A stretch of DNA of 64,000 bases from Octopus vulgaris (taxonomy: Eukaryota), in assembly GCA_951406725.2 (NCBI GenBank), contig OX597827.1:806001-870000 (forward strand), written 5' to 3'. A model generated the notes under the pieces. The model was not told the origin of the DNA. It was given only the letters and a program-made list of their open reading frames with translations, and ran no database searches. Positions 27,851 to 41,530 of the stretch are shown here, piece after piece; within the stretch, counting starts at the first letter, position 1, and every line of letters starts with the position of its first letter. The translations under genes and the position numbers were made by a program.

Positions 27851-28183
27851 ATATAAGTAAAAATTTAGATTCATGTGAATATGGTAGTCAAGTTGAGGCA
27901 CCAGAATTTAGTATGGTATTACTCTTTTATTCTCTTACTCTTTTACTTGTTTCAGTCATTTGACTGCGGCCATTTATATCAAAGAAGTATACACTATACG
28001 TAATGCAGGAAAAACAGATCACACACACTCACACACACACACACGCACACGCACACACACGCACGCACGCGCGCGCACACACACACATTCACATGGTGCT
28101 CCAGCATGACTGCAGTCAAATGACTGAAACAAGTAAAAGAGCAAAAGAGTAAAAGAGTATATTATTGAACGCCACGCATCCAT

Positions 28184-28226
<43 letters not shown>

Positions 28227-28229
28227 CCC

Positions 28230-28334
<105 letters not shown>

Positions 28335-28997
28335 CATGTGTGTATTGATGGAAGTATGGATTAATAGATGGATGCTTCTTTATGGTTTGAACTTCCCACG
28401 ATGGTTTCCATGATCCAATAATCCAAGGAATTTATGTGTTCAATCGCTTTGATTTAACGACAAAGCAGTATAAAATACTCACTGAATATTTTATAGCGAT
28501 CTTTTTGCTGTTGAGTTGCAAAGAAATATCCTTCGACATGTAACGATCAACGGATCCAAGAGTAAGTCTACATTTCTTGTCGACATTGGCGATTTTAAGG
28601 TTTCCCAGGAAAATAGCCCAAGTATGATATTTCGTTGGTGTGTAGAGTATTTGAATACACATACGCGTGACCGTACACACACACACACACGCACACACTC
28701 ACACACACATGCATATACACACATACACACACACATACATATACACACATACACACACACTGTCCGTCACGTGGCTTCGTCCCGCTTTTTCCACGCATCA
28801 GTTGTATAGAACCAACGACTTCATCTCATGGAGATGAATAAAAATACATGTATCTTTTATTTTTTAAAATATTTTACTTGTTTCAGTCATTAGACTGCGG
28901 CCATGGTGGGGCACCGCCCTGAAGACCGTTTGGTCGAATGTATCAAACCCAGTATTTAGTGGTTTCCCTCTAATATATATATATATTATATATATAT

Positions 28998-29066
<69 letters not shown>

Positions 29067-29591
29067 TTATAGGGTGGCGAATACTCGTTATAAATATCAC
29101 CACCAGTGGCCTAGCATGTATAAAAAGTCAATAGGCAACATATTCGTATTTCAAAATGGAAAATTACCCTTTAACAGGTAATTTTTACATGATAGAAATA
29201 GCAGCCAACACGGCCAAAAACCACAATTTTATAGTAAATTTCGAAGAGATGAAAAATAAAACCCTTTACCTTGTTATATAACGGTTATTCATGGTTTCGA
29301 ATTTCTTTAGCAAATAATATTGCTTGCCATCTTTTAATAGATAATTTAGCATGACCATATTATCTACCAGGCGAATTCTCGTCAGTAACAGGCCTAAACA
29401 ACTAACTTATAATTCAGAGACAAGATAACACGTGTACCATCATTATATGCTATAATTTTTTAAATATCGCGCGCAGGCGCATTTACATTTCTATTGTATG
29501 TGTCTTCATTTGCGCATGCTTATATCTCTATGTGCGTCTATGTTTAGTTAGTGTGTGTGTGGGGGGGATGCCTGTAATATTTGTATCTTCT

Positions 29592-29632
<41 letters not shown>

Positions 29633-31377
29633 TGTGTGTTTGTATATGTATGTATATATATTGTAGAGTTGTTACGAGTAAACAAGTCTTTTCCTGGTGC
29701 CCCCCACTATTTTTAGATCCTCCTAGTAAGGGGCTCTTTTTACAACGATGTTGTTTATCTTCGTCCTCCTCTACGTAGCATGCAGATTAGAAGCAAACTC
29801 GTGGCTTGGGTTATACTATTTCTAAAATTGTTTACGATGCTAAAGTCTTTCAGTTTGGGTCTTGGAGTTATGCTTAATAGTTGTTCATTTTCTCTTGCGA
29901 TTTAGAGTGAAATCTTAATACATCGCCTAACATTTAATAATACTATTGGTATTTCACGGTCCGATTCTTCGGTGTAGTGTGCTTATGCTTTCCTCTCGTT
30001 CTGTTGCCATCCTGGTCACATACTATGAAAGCATTTTCCAGACTTTCCTTAAGAATAGCATCAGCCATAACCAAGAAGATATTAATATTCTAATCAGTAT
30101 TATAACACTTTTTATCTTATACTCACCGATATCACCGATAACTTATGCCATAAAAGTATTTTTCCTTTTTTCCCCCCTTACTCTCGCCAAACAGGTCTTT
30201 TATTTAACGATAGCAGAGACAAGCCGAAAAAATTATTTTCAGAGGTTTTAAAATGTTTTATAACTGTATATGTTCCGCACCTCTGCTGGATCAATATACA
30301 GAGATACCGATCTGACACGGTATATTTCCATTCTTATCAATCTCGATGACAGTTTTTGGCTGATACAGTCGGAAAGGCAACTTAATATCCCAAAACTAGG
30401 AACATCGATTGTTATTTGTGAGAGTAATTTTGGAGACATAGATAAATACCTGTTGTACCTGTTTAGCCTTGATGTGGCAAAGGTTAGTTAGCATGTCCCG
30501 GAATTGGCTCCGGAAGGTCAATTACAGATGCCCCAACCGACTCAGTTTGGATGAGGCCCTTCGGCTCTTTTGGTGTTCATCTAAGAGAAGATAGCTCCAT
30601 GCAAATCATGCACCCTAATAACTACTGGGGTCATAGAACTTGTTGCATCAGAAGAATATAAGTTTGAAAGATGAAACAGAATGCAACTGGTTCTTCAAAA
30701 AAATCTAAGTCCACTATCATAATACTCATAGTGCAAGTTGTTCAGCAAACCAAAGCACCAATACCAATATCGTCAAATTTTCTTTATAGACATCAGAACA
30801 TTGAATTGAAAATAAAGTGCATCTGTGTCGTGCTGAACTCTCAACTGTCGAAGGAACGAAAGACGTGACTTAAGTTTGAAATGAGATTTGCTTCAGTGTC
30901 TTTTAACCATTTAATTCAGTCGAAGGCAGGAGGATCTCGAGAAGGCAGGATGATCTCGAGACTTTTTCATTCTACCGTAGTAAATCTTGATTTAAATGCA
31001 AAGATCAAGTGACGTGAGAAGAAGAATTATTTCTTCTCAGATAACTCACGGATGTATTCTAACCGTAAATATCACTATTCATGGTGGAGGTGGCGGTGGT
31101 GTTGTTCGTATTAGTATCGGCCATAATCGTTTAAGCAAAATCTCACATGGTGAGAAGAGTTTTTGAAAAAATTGGCAAGAATGATGCCAAGTTGGCGAAC
31201 GAAAGGTATTTCTCTTATTTGTATCAGAAAGAAAAGAATCATCTACTGATCTAGGCTTGCTTAGGTTGGCATAGACGCAAAGGAGAATCTTCAAAAACAA
31301 GTTATAGACTATTCTTTGCGATTTCACGCTTGTAACGGACAACGCTAAGTATGTATGTATGTATGTATGTATGTATT

Positions 31378-31727
31378 AAGGCTGTATCATGCGCGGGGAC
31401 ATAGAAATAATCGGACTGAATACCTGATCGCACTGTTAAACCATTGGGAGTGAAGGACTCCTAGCCTTTGTTAGGGCATCCTTCTAGGAGAAGGTAACTC
31501 AGGTAACTGGGATAACTCCGATATAAAACCTGCGGCTCAGTGGTTACCGATGATGTTGACTTGTTCTTCTATTCGGATTATGGCTGATGTTGATTAGTGA
31601 GTGGGATTGACTCAGTGCACAGCCTTTCCTCACTTTAAAAAAAATCTTCTTGCACAGGCATTGCATGATAACAACATTGATTAAGCTTCGTGCAATGGCC
31701 ATACTCGATAACAAGAGGGCAGCCACC
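31378..31727 (+). mobile_element. Short element embedded in (TATG)n, with an RTE-like leader
   Basis: Flanked by TATG repeats on both sides; GGGCATCCTTCTAGGAGAAGGTAACTC..TAAAACCT resembles RTE-clade 5' UTR motifs as I recall them. Confidence 0.4.
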
Positions 31728-31758
31728 ATGTATGTATGTATGTATGTATGTTTGTATG

Positions 31759-31792
<34 letters not shown>

Positions 31793-31872
31793 TGTATGTA
31801 TGTATGTATGTATGTATGTTTGAACGAACAGATATATGTATTAAATGTGCTTGTCGTTTTATTATTCAATAC

Positions 31873-32065
31873 GGCGCACTGGCTGAATCGTTAGCACATC
31901 CTGGCAAAAGGCTGAGCGGCGTTTCGTCCGTCTTTACATTTTGAGTTCACATTCCCTGGAGGTCGACTTTGTCTTTCATCCTTTCAGGGTCGATAAAATA
32001 AGTACCAGTTAAACACTGGCGTCGATGTAATCGATCTGTGCCCTACCACAAAGTTTTAGGCCTTG
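31873..32065 (+). mobile_element. SINE family B
   Basis: TGGCTGAATCG A box, GAGTTCACATTCC B box, central GTCTTTCATCCTTTCAGGGTCGATAAAATAAGTACCAG resembling the Deu/Nin SINE core. Confidence 0.8.
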
Positions 32066-32350
32066 AGAATGGAGAGGATGTGTTTGATTAAATTTACCAG
32101 ATTTTGTAATAAATTCATAATGTTATTTAATAATTAGTTAAAATATATATTACATGTGCTCTTTGTTATGAAATTACATTCGTAACGTACAGGTATCGAT
32201 GTGGAGTGAAGAAACTCTACCTGCAACCATAAGGTTTCAGGTTAGGTTTCTCTTTGTAACGCTTTGAGCAAGTATGTTCTACTATAGCCCCGGACGACCA
32301 CTTATGAGTGTATTTGCTAGACTGAAACCTGTGCGGATGCCGGTCGTACA

Positions 32351-32444
<94 letters not shown>

Positions 32445-32621
32445 TTAGCATATATATATATGTATATATTTAAAAAGGTTTGAATGTGGATTCGTCCTTT
32501 AATTGGAGTAGTTTCCAAAAGATTTCTAACGTTGATTCTTCATAATTTGTTTTGAATTTACTGATGTAAATTAGCGTAGATATGAAAGGTTATATAAGTA
32601 TATTAAGTATATGATGTAAGA

Positions 32622-33037
32622 TATAGAACGAAGTTCGACAAATTCAATCATTTTTTCGTAAATGGAGGAGATTAGACGTTAATATTGAATAAAATATTTT
32701 TTATTCATTTCGCTATACGATCGTTTCGTACAGAAAGACAATAAATTCATTTTAAACAGACATGACCCCAACAACAATTACAAATTACAAAAATTAGTAA
32801 GAACACCATACCTACGTAATTCTAAAGTACCCCTTTTTTCTTTATTTAGTTTTTATTATTTTTTCTTATTGTGCTACTGGTGAGTACTCTTTGACAACTC
32901 AGATGCTTAAAATGAATTTATTCTCTTTCTGTACGAAACGATCGTATAGCGAAATGAATAAAAATATTTTATTCTTATATTAATATTTAATCTCCATTTA
33001 CGAAAAAATGATTGAATTTGTCGAACTTCGTTCTATA
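32622..33037. mobile_element. Inverted repeat pair, Penelope-like terminal repeat with partial inverted copy
   Basis: Arms ~32622-32758 and ~32904-33037 are highly reverse-complementary (TATAGAACGAAGTTCGACAAATTCAATCATTTTTTCGTAAATGGAG..); the right arm overlaps a hammerhead. Confidence 0.85.
32872..32951 (+). ncRNA. Hammerhead motif (A6G variant, long loop II)
   Basis: TGCTA-CTGGTGA-GTAC..GTAC-GAAA-CGATCG-T-A-TAGCG; palindrome ACGATCGT. Confidence 0.7.
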
Positions 33038-33093
33038 AATTAAATAACTTAAATCATTTACATAGTATATATATACATACATATATATGTATG

Positions 33094-33132
<39 letters not shown>

Positions 33133-33139
33133 ATGCATG

Positions 33140-33345
33140 TATGTGTGTGTGTTTGTGTCTGTGTTAGTATCAGTGTTTGTCCCTCTCGCAACACCACAGC
33201 TTGACAAGCGGTATTGATTCCGTTTACGCCCCCGTAACCAAATAGTGGAACGAATCGTACTGGGTACGATTCGTTCCACTAAAAACGCTTCCGAGCGATG
33301 CCCCAGCATGTCCGTAGCCCAGTGACTAAAACAAACGATAAAGGA
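33140..33345 (+). mobile_element. SINE family A 3' half containing a local fold-back
   Basis: GCTTGACAAGCGG..GTTTACGCCCCCGTAAC..CCCCAGCATG..GACTAAAAC; perfect 18-bp hairpin at 33243-33281. Confidence 0.7.
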
Positions 33346-33691
33346 TAAATGGTCTATTTTATATTCAAACTGAATTTGGTTCATATATCAATAATTTCCC
33401 ATACAAGTGGTTTCGTAAATTTTATTGGCTTATGTATATATATACGTTGTATCTATAGAAATGAATTTGTAGAGTTGCTGTTCTATAGTTTGGTTTACTA
33501 AATTATTAATAAATAACTTTTATAAATAATTGCTATAAATCTCTTGTTTTAATTTTTTTTTCTCTTTTTCAGGTATTTCTGAATAAGGAATTTTACATTT
33601 GATGGCTTTTATATCTACGTCACCACGTATGTATAGGCATTTCTTCATATTGTTATTATGTACTAATGTGATATGTATATACATATATATG

Positions 33692-33738
<47 letters not shown>

Positions 33739-33905
33739 ATATGTGTGTGTGTAGATTGTTATGCATATGTTTATATTTTTACATTTAAAATTTGTAGTGA
33801 ATTATACTTAAGATATCTATGTTGGATATAAACGTGGGAATACGAAGCAATTTTCATAAATATAATAAAACAAAATAAAGATGTTTGATTACACATAAAA
33901 GTATG

Positions 33906-33955
<50 letters not shown>

Positions 33956-34083
33956 TATTTATATATAAGTATTTATATATATATATTTATGTATGTGTGT
34001 GTATGCAAGTATGTACGTGTATATATATATATTCACATATATATACATACATATATGCATATATATATGTGTGTGTGTGTGTG

Positions 34084-34116
<33 letters not shown>

Positions 34117-34955
34117 ACGCGCGTTCATTCCTGCGCTTGTGTACAGGTGAAGCTGCAGCCTCTGCTGCTCGTGTTGATCTTGCTACTTTTCTCTTGTACA
34201 ACTTGCAACGACAGGAAAAACAGTTCCAACGAACAAGACCTAACTCCTCCAACTCACGTGCTCAACAATCTTTCTTTCCTTCATCTCTTTCTTTTCTCCT
34301 TCCTCTTTTTCCTCCTTTTCCATTTTCTCTCTTTTCCTTTTCTACCTTTCTTTGCTCCAACATTTTAGAAACATTTAACGAAACAGAAACAAGACTAGTT
34401 TGCAAAAAAATCCCCCAAATTCTTCCATTTTTTGATGCTGATAAAACCATCGTTGCTGTTGCTCCTGCTGCTGGTGATTTTGGAGTAGAGGCAACTGCTG
34501 GTGATGCTGATGTAGTTTGCTTGTAAAGATGAAACTATTTAAAATTTTGGAAGATTAAGAAATCATATGTCTGGATGTACGGTTAGATAGTAGGGGGGGG
34601 GACTGAAGGAATGACAAGGCAAAGAACGCAACAACGAAATACTATAAAGAGTTTTCTCCACAAAGACAAATTGATATAAGAATAGATTATTTTATTTATT
34701 TATACATATTCTTCAATTATATATATTTATTTTTAATATAATTTTTGTTTCTTTATATAAAAAAAGCAAATTTTCATTTCATTTTCTAAATTAATGTATC
34801 TTTTTCTCCCCCCCCCCCGCACTCCACCTCAACTGCTTTGTTACTCCCACAGCTGTCACATTGCATTATCGCTAATGTCTCTCTCTCTCTCTCTCTGTGC
34901 TCTTTTTTTCGAAAGTGAATTAAACTGCATTTATGTATATATATACACACACACA

Positions 34956-35041
<86 letters not shown>

Positions 35042-35340
35042 TATATATAGATAGATAGATAGATTTATATATATATATGAATGTATGTATGTATCTATGT
35101 GTGTGTGTATACATTTATTTATATGTGTGTAGAAATATATACACATATATTAGGTGTGTGCATATATGTATGTGTATGCATACAGGCATGCATATATGTA
35201 TCTATATATTTTGATACATGTACGCGCGCGCGTCTGTGTATACATGAAGTACGAATGTAAATATATATCTATACTTTTACCTATTTACCTGTCACATGCT
35301 TATCGGTCTGGCTATTTTTTGATGTATATATGTATGTGTG

Positions 35341-35432
<92 letters not shown>

Positions 35433-36262
35433 AGTCTATGTATCCATCCATCCATCCATCCATCCATCCATCCAACTATCTGTCTATGTATGTATGTATG
35501 TATGTATCTGTCTGCCTGACTGTCTGTCTGTATGTATCTGTCTGTCTGTCTGTCTGTCTGTCTGTATGTATGTATGTATGTACATGTGTGTGTACGCATG
35601 CGTATGTGCATAGTTCTCATTAGTATTCATATCTCCATGTTATCCTGTTGCCACACGGTTTAACCGAATTTTACAAGTGAGTTTCAATGTTCTAAACCTG
35701 AAATTCATAAAATATTTAGAAAACATTTAATTATGTAACAGACAACTGTTCTTGACTTTCCAAGTTTACTCTGGTTTAGTGCATCTCTGGTCAAAAACAA
35801 TCAACACATGACCATCTCCTTTTAACGCTACATTGTATATAAGATTATAAAAACGCTAAATGGAAGATATACGAGACCTCTGAGAGAAGGCACCGAACAT
35901 AGAATGGCAGTCCCATACACCAAAGCAGATTCCCTGCGATAATCTTCCAAGAGTTACCGTCACCATAAACGAAAGAAGACATGATACTCCTCTGGAAGGG
36001 ACAAGGACCATAAACGAAAGTAAAAGTTAAGTTACTCTTACCACATTTAATGAAGTGAGCATTAAAAATGAAAATCTAATTTTAAAGACAACATTAACTC
36101 AATGAGTGACATTATTTTAATCATTTCAGCAATTATGAAGGACATCTTCGGACACGTTTTGGACATGTTTCGGTCAACGAAGCGTCGTTTTCGCCACTGA
36201 CCGAAATAGTGATAAGAAAATCAGTAAGTAAATATATAAGATTATAGAAGAGTGGGCATCTT

Positions 36263-36617
36263 TTATATTTTACTTGTTTCAGTCATGAGTCTGCAGCCAT
36301 GCGGGGGTACTCCCTTGAAGAATTTTTAGTCGAATGAACCGATTCCAGTACATATTTCTTTTCTTTAAGCCTGCTACTTCCTCTATCGGTCCATTTTACC
36401 GAACCGCTAGGTTACAAGGACTTAAACACACCAACATCGATTCTCAAGCAGTGATGGGGAACAAGCACATACACACGCATACGACGAGCTTCTTTCGGTT
36501 TTCATCTACCAATCGGCCTTGAGTATGACACATACCCAAGGTGCTACGCAGTGAGTCTGCACACGGAACCGTGTGATTGGGAAGCAAGCTTCTTACCACA
36601 CAACCACGCATGCGCCT
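36263..36617 (-). mobile_element. SINE family A, degenerate
   Basis: TTTTACTTGTTTCAGTCAT..CCGAACCGCTAGGTTAC..CTTCTTACCACACAACCACGCATGCGCCT. Confidence 0.8.
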
Positions 36618-36679
36618 CATAAAAAATAAAATTATATTTCAATCTTGTTAATTACTCAGTGATGTATATGAGACCGAAT

Positions 36680-37625
36680 AATTATTGGGCAAATGTGTAA
36701 GAACATTCATACCCTATCTCTGCAATGTGCACCCAACTGATTCAACCAGCCCAGAACAGCTCAGCCAAGTGTATACAGACTTTGTGAAATGCTTTAAAAG
36801 AAATATTCTTTTGGTTCAGTACTCTTTCATTTCAGCACAGAAGTGGGTCATAAACCACTCTTCAAAGATCACTTCAATCATTTACCCTATTTTTATTAGC
36901 GTGTTAGTGCACCGGGAGAATTAGCATGATACTCCTCTGAAAGGGACAAGATCGGGCTGAACGTATCTAAGTAGTGGTTTAGCTTTAAAATCTCCAGTGC
37001 CGGTACCACAGAACAGCACAAACATTCTTGGAAGACTGGCATCTTACCCTCCTCTTTAGCTACGCAAATTATGTAAGGCATCTTTTTCCCATCAGTGTTT
37101 AAAATTTAGCACGGTAAATATTCACTTTCGTTCATCACTTTATGAAATTCTTCAGGAAAATGTCCAGCAACTTCGGTATCTACTGATGCTGTTTCACTTG
37201 AATCAACTTTGCTGGCTAAATTATGCTGTTCAATGAGATTTTGTTACCCATCCATATATTGGATATATTGGTACTTGTCAGCAACATCGGAAAGCTCTAA
37301 CCAAATTCTTACGTATTTGCTTTGCACAATTCTGGCCACGTTTTGTGGACATAGGAAGCCACTTCATGTAACAGCACTGCATCCATATTGAGCAGAATAA
37401 AATCGTCTTTATGCACTCTGACGATTCGATCCACTTATCAAGGGGTGTATCATTAGAAGCTTTCATGACATTACGCAATTGGTAAATGGGACAAATGGTA
37501 GCTTCATTGACAACGAATTCGCGACCGACAGCAGTAAACCTTCCACTGTCAAGTATTCTCTTGAGCATCTGTACTTTTTCATGTGAAGAATACACTAATC
37601 TGTGCCATTTGTTAGGATCGAGCAC
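36680..37625 (-). pseudogene. Decayed Tigger/pogo-family transposase
   Basis: Minus strand: EKVQMLKRILDSGRFTAVGREFVVNEATI (psq-type HTH), IWMQCCYMKWLPMS (CENP-B HTH), SETASVDTEVAGHFPEEF..ILNTDGKKMP..AKEEGKMPVF, DFKAKPLL, IFEEWFMTHF; many stops and frameshifts. Confidence 0.85.
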
Positions 37626-39218
37626 CTATTTTCTCTGTTCACTGGTCCCATATTGACGGGTACGAATCTGTAAATCCTTATAAAAAAGAAAAAAATACAT
37701 GACCGAGCCTTGCAGCGTGGTCCTGTAGCCAAAAATGAAAGTCAGTGCACCTTTGGCAAGCCTTGTGAGTGGATTTGGTTGATAAAAATTGAAATAAGTC
37801 CGGCGTATATATATGTGCGTGTGTATGTGTGTGTCTTTGTGTCTATGTTTGTCCCATGCCCCCCACCTACCACCACTTTACAACCGGTATTGGTGTGCTT
37901 ACGTCTCCGGGTTTAAACAAGTGCTGGAGTCGAGTCCTTTGACGAAAAATTCTTAAAGGTAGTATCTCAGCATGGCTGCAGTCTAATGATTGAAACAAGT
38001 AATAGTTAGAAGGTAAAAGAAATATATGTATTTATATGTGTATGTGTGTGTGTGTGTGTGTATGAATGTGTTTTGTCTGTGTCTTTGCAGGTATATATGT
38101 AGGTATGTGTGTATATGTGTGTGTATGTGTAACATAAATACATTCGTCTCAATCTTTCTCTATTTTTCTTTACCTCTCTCCTAATTCCATTCACCTTCTT
38201 TATTTCTCACCGTCTATCACTCACTTCTCTCTCATTTCTTCTCCACCCTCTCTTTCTGTCCTTCCCTCCCCTCCTCCTCTCTCTAATTGATGTGATTCTT
38301 AGGGCACTGCTACAATATATATATACATGTGTGTGTGTGCGCGCACACACACGCACGCACGCACACACACACACACACACACACACCTACCCACACACCA
38401 TAGCATTAAAACTTAACGATTGATGTCTATTTTCTCACCATATGTTATTCGATCAGTTTGTCCTGATAACATTTCATCATCATCATCATCATCGTCATCA
38501 TCATCATCATCATCGTCATCATCATCATCATCATTATCATCATCACCGCCACCACTACCACACGTTCAGTCTCCCTGAGCAGCATCTCGGTTTCGCCACC
38601 GACAGGAAACAAAACAGACATTGCCGAAACAGCTGTAAAAATGTAGTCCATAGAATTAATTACTCATTAAAATTGTGACTAATTTAGACACAAGACTAGA
38701 AATTTGATAGATGGGAAAAGAAGTTAGTCGATTAAATTAACTCTAGTACTTGGGTGGTACTTTATTTTTGTATTTTATCCATCCTGACTTCGGGAGGATT
38801 TGAAATCAGAATTTAAATAGTTTACCGATTCCGCCATTCGACCAGTCCTTAGAATAATTTAAAATTAAAATCAACAGACAATATCATTAACTATTGAACC
38901 GGCAAAGAAGAAAATGGCTGTGAATTTAAATTCGAAAAGAAGAGAATTGTTATAAAAATTGATTTAATTATAGGAAGTATAAATATTCCCCTTTCGGCTG
39001 GAAAATTTCTCCACAATCAACAGCAGAAAAAATTCTAGTCATACCATTAAAAAGTTCTTTAAAAAATGCCGTCAAAATCTGTTAATGTCGTAGGCATTGT
39101 GCTTGTAAATACCCAAATATTTGGAAAAAGAAACACGTTACTGACTAAAAACAATTTCTTGAAATATACAATATATTAGCAACAGAGATAATATTTACCC
39201 CACTTAAACGTGTGTGTA

Positions 39219-39424
39219 TACTGTGGTAGATACCATGAGAGAAACTGTCATACTGGCTTTTGGCGCAAAATGCGCTCTTGTTCACATCGGTGGCGGGTAA
39301 ATAAAACCTGGTCACCTCCAGATGAACTGGTGGTTCCTGCGCTGGAGGTAGCGGGTATTTATCTCCCCGCTAGCGATTTAAACAAGCCAGTATGAGAGAT
39401 TCTCTCATGGTATCTACCTCAGTA
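39219..39424. mobile_element. MITE with ~39-bp TIRs in a TA context (Tc1/mariner type)
   Basis: CTGTGGTAGATACCATGAGAGAAACTGTCATACTGGCTT (from 39221) versus the reverse complement of 39384-39422: 3 mismatches; TATA on both sides. Confidence 0.85.
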
Positions 39425-39563
39425 TAGTTTGTTCTAACAGAGCATACACGTTTAGGCTGGCATAGAAAGAGGATTACGTCCCTTTCCAAATATCAAGATT
39501 TGATAAACTGTTGGTTCTTTTATACATATGAGTGTGTGTGCATATGTAATGACGTACATACGA

Positions 39564-39622
<59 letters not shown>

Positions 39623-40081
39623 CATGTATGCATCGACGTCATCAGAATTTAGAAACTTCAAGGGAACGTAAAATATTTCTTTTTGGAAATGGTTAACTCG
39701 AAATAGATAAGGCTATAAATAATAGTGTATAAATACCGAGTAAAGAAACCCTTCGAATAGAACAAGTAGAAAGCTGCTCGTTGAACTCGAACTCACATAT
39801 TCGGTATACACACTCACACACACCTTCTCACACACATTATTATATGTATATAAGTATGTACTAATACAAATATATGTATATAAGTAAGTAAATACATATC
39901 TACCTGTATCTATCTCTCTGTCTCTCTATCTCTATAAACACATGTAAAATCATGCACCCAGTGACACTTCGATTTCACTATCAATAAAATTAATATAAAT
40001 ATCTGATTCTACTTTTGCATAGAATTCTTTACTTAGTTAATGCGCACTCATTTTACGCATTTCAATATACACTCATTTTTA

Positions 40082-40118
<37 letters not shown>

Positions 40119-40645
40119 TATTTGTTTGCAAGTACGTCTACGTGTATATTACCATCATGTATTTAAAATACTCTTTTTGTTGTTGTTTTTCTTTTTTGCT
40201 TAGTGCTTGTTTTTGTTATTTGTTGTTGGTTCTGTCTTAGCACAAACAATCTTAAAACTCCATGGAATCAGCTCTCCTTCTCTATTAACTCGCCTCTCCA
40301 TGCCACCTTCCTCTCCTTCTCCTTCTACTTCCTCTCCTGCTGATTGCTGTTTTCACATCAACCGACCACTTTGCGGTGCCAAGAAGAAGTCAATTATCTC
40401 GCTTGTTTACTTATATGGCTACGTATTTGCACTTATATCAGTGTGCACTCATTTGCAGTGCATTTCGCTGCCAGCTAGGACACTATCATTTTCTGCTAGT
40501 TCTTGTTACTATTGTTTCTTACATTTCCTCATTGTTATTGTTGTTGTCCGTTTTTGCTTTATTTTATATTTCATTTTACGAAGGAAGGGGAGGTAATTTC
40601 AATAAAATCCGTTGCGGATGTCCTCAGACTTACGTCAATCTTATA

Positions 40646-40704
<59 letters not shown>

Positions 40705-40877
40705 ATGTATGTATGTACGTATGTATGTTTGTATATACCTCTTACTGTTCGTATTTTCATTTCTTGTTTAGTAATAATTATATATTTTATTTCCTTACAT
40801 AATCAGGAATAAATCAATCAATCCTCCTCTATTTCTCTCCTTCTTTCTCTCTCTCTATATGTATGTATGCTTATATG

Positions 40878-40941
<64 letters not shown>

Positions 40942-41057
40942 AATACACAGACGCTTGTGCATATACATACACACACACACATATATATACATAGAATGAA
41001 ACGCTTACTTGTGTAAGTAAATATAAATATAAATAAATACACATATACACACACATG

Positions 41058-41190
<133 letters not shown>

Positions 41191-41482
41191 ATCTATCTAT
41201 ACATATATACGTACATACATGCATGCATACATACGTACACATTTTCACGCATTCAAACATACGGAAATGAATAAAATCTGGTACATGTAGACATCAATCT
41301 ACGTAAGCATACCTTTTTGTATGTATATGTGTGTTTGCGTGTGTATGTGTGTGTATGCATGTATGCGATATGCGGTAGTGCATTCCTATATCTATAAAAT
41401 GTAGCTAGCTTTCTACATAACAGATCGATTCAAACACCATATCTGTATAGACAATATCTTTTTTAGACATACACAAGGGAGA

Positions 41483-41530
41483 TCAATCGGACTAGTTTCA
41501 ATCCTTCATTGAAATGTCATCAGCTGCTGA
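41483..41530 (-). ncRNA. Minimal hammerhead motif, stem I partly disrupted
   Basis: Minus strand TCAGCAG-CTGATGA-CATTTCAATGAAGGATT-GAAA-CTAG-T-C-CGATTGA; palindrome ACTAGT. Confidence 0.6.

Noticed and set aside
33993-34526. 177-aa ORF as a CDS
   Set aside because: Starts in a microsatellite, crosses a pyrimidine tract and has no recognisable motif.
38568-38642. Hammerhead (GAAACAGCTGTA) or miR-125-like TCCCTGAG
   Set aside because: Core reads CTGAGCA and stem I does not pair; the miRNA match is limited to 8 nt with no precursor hairpin.
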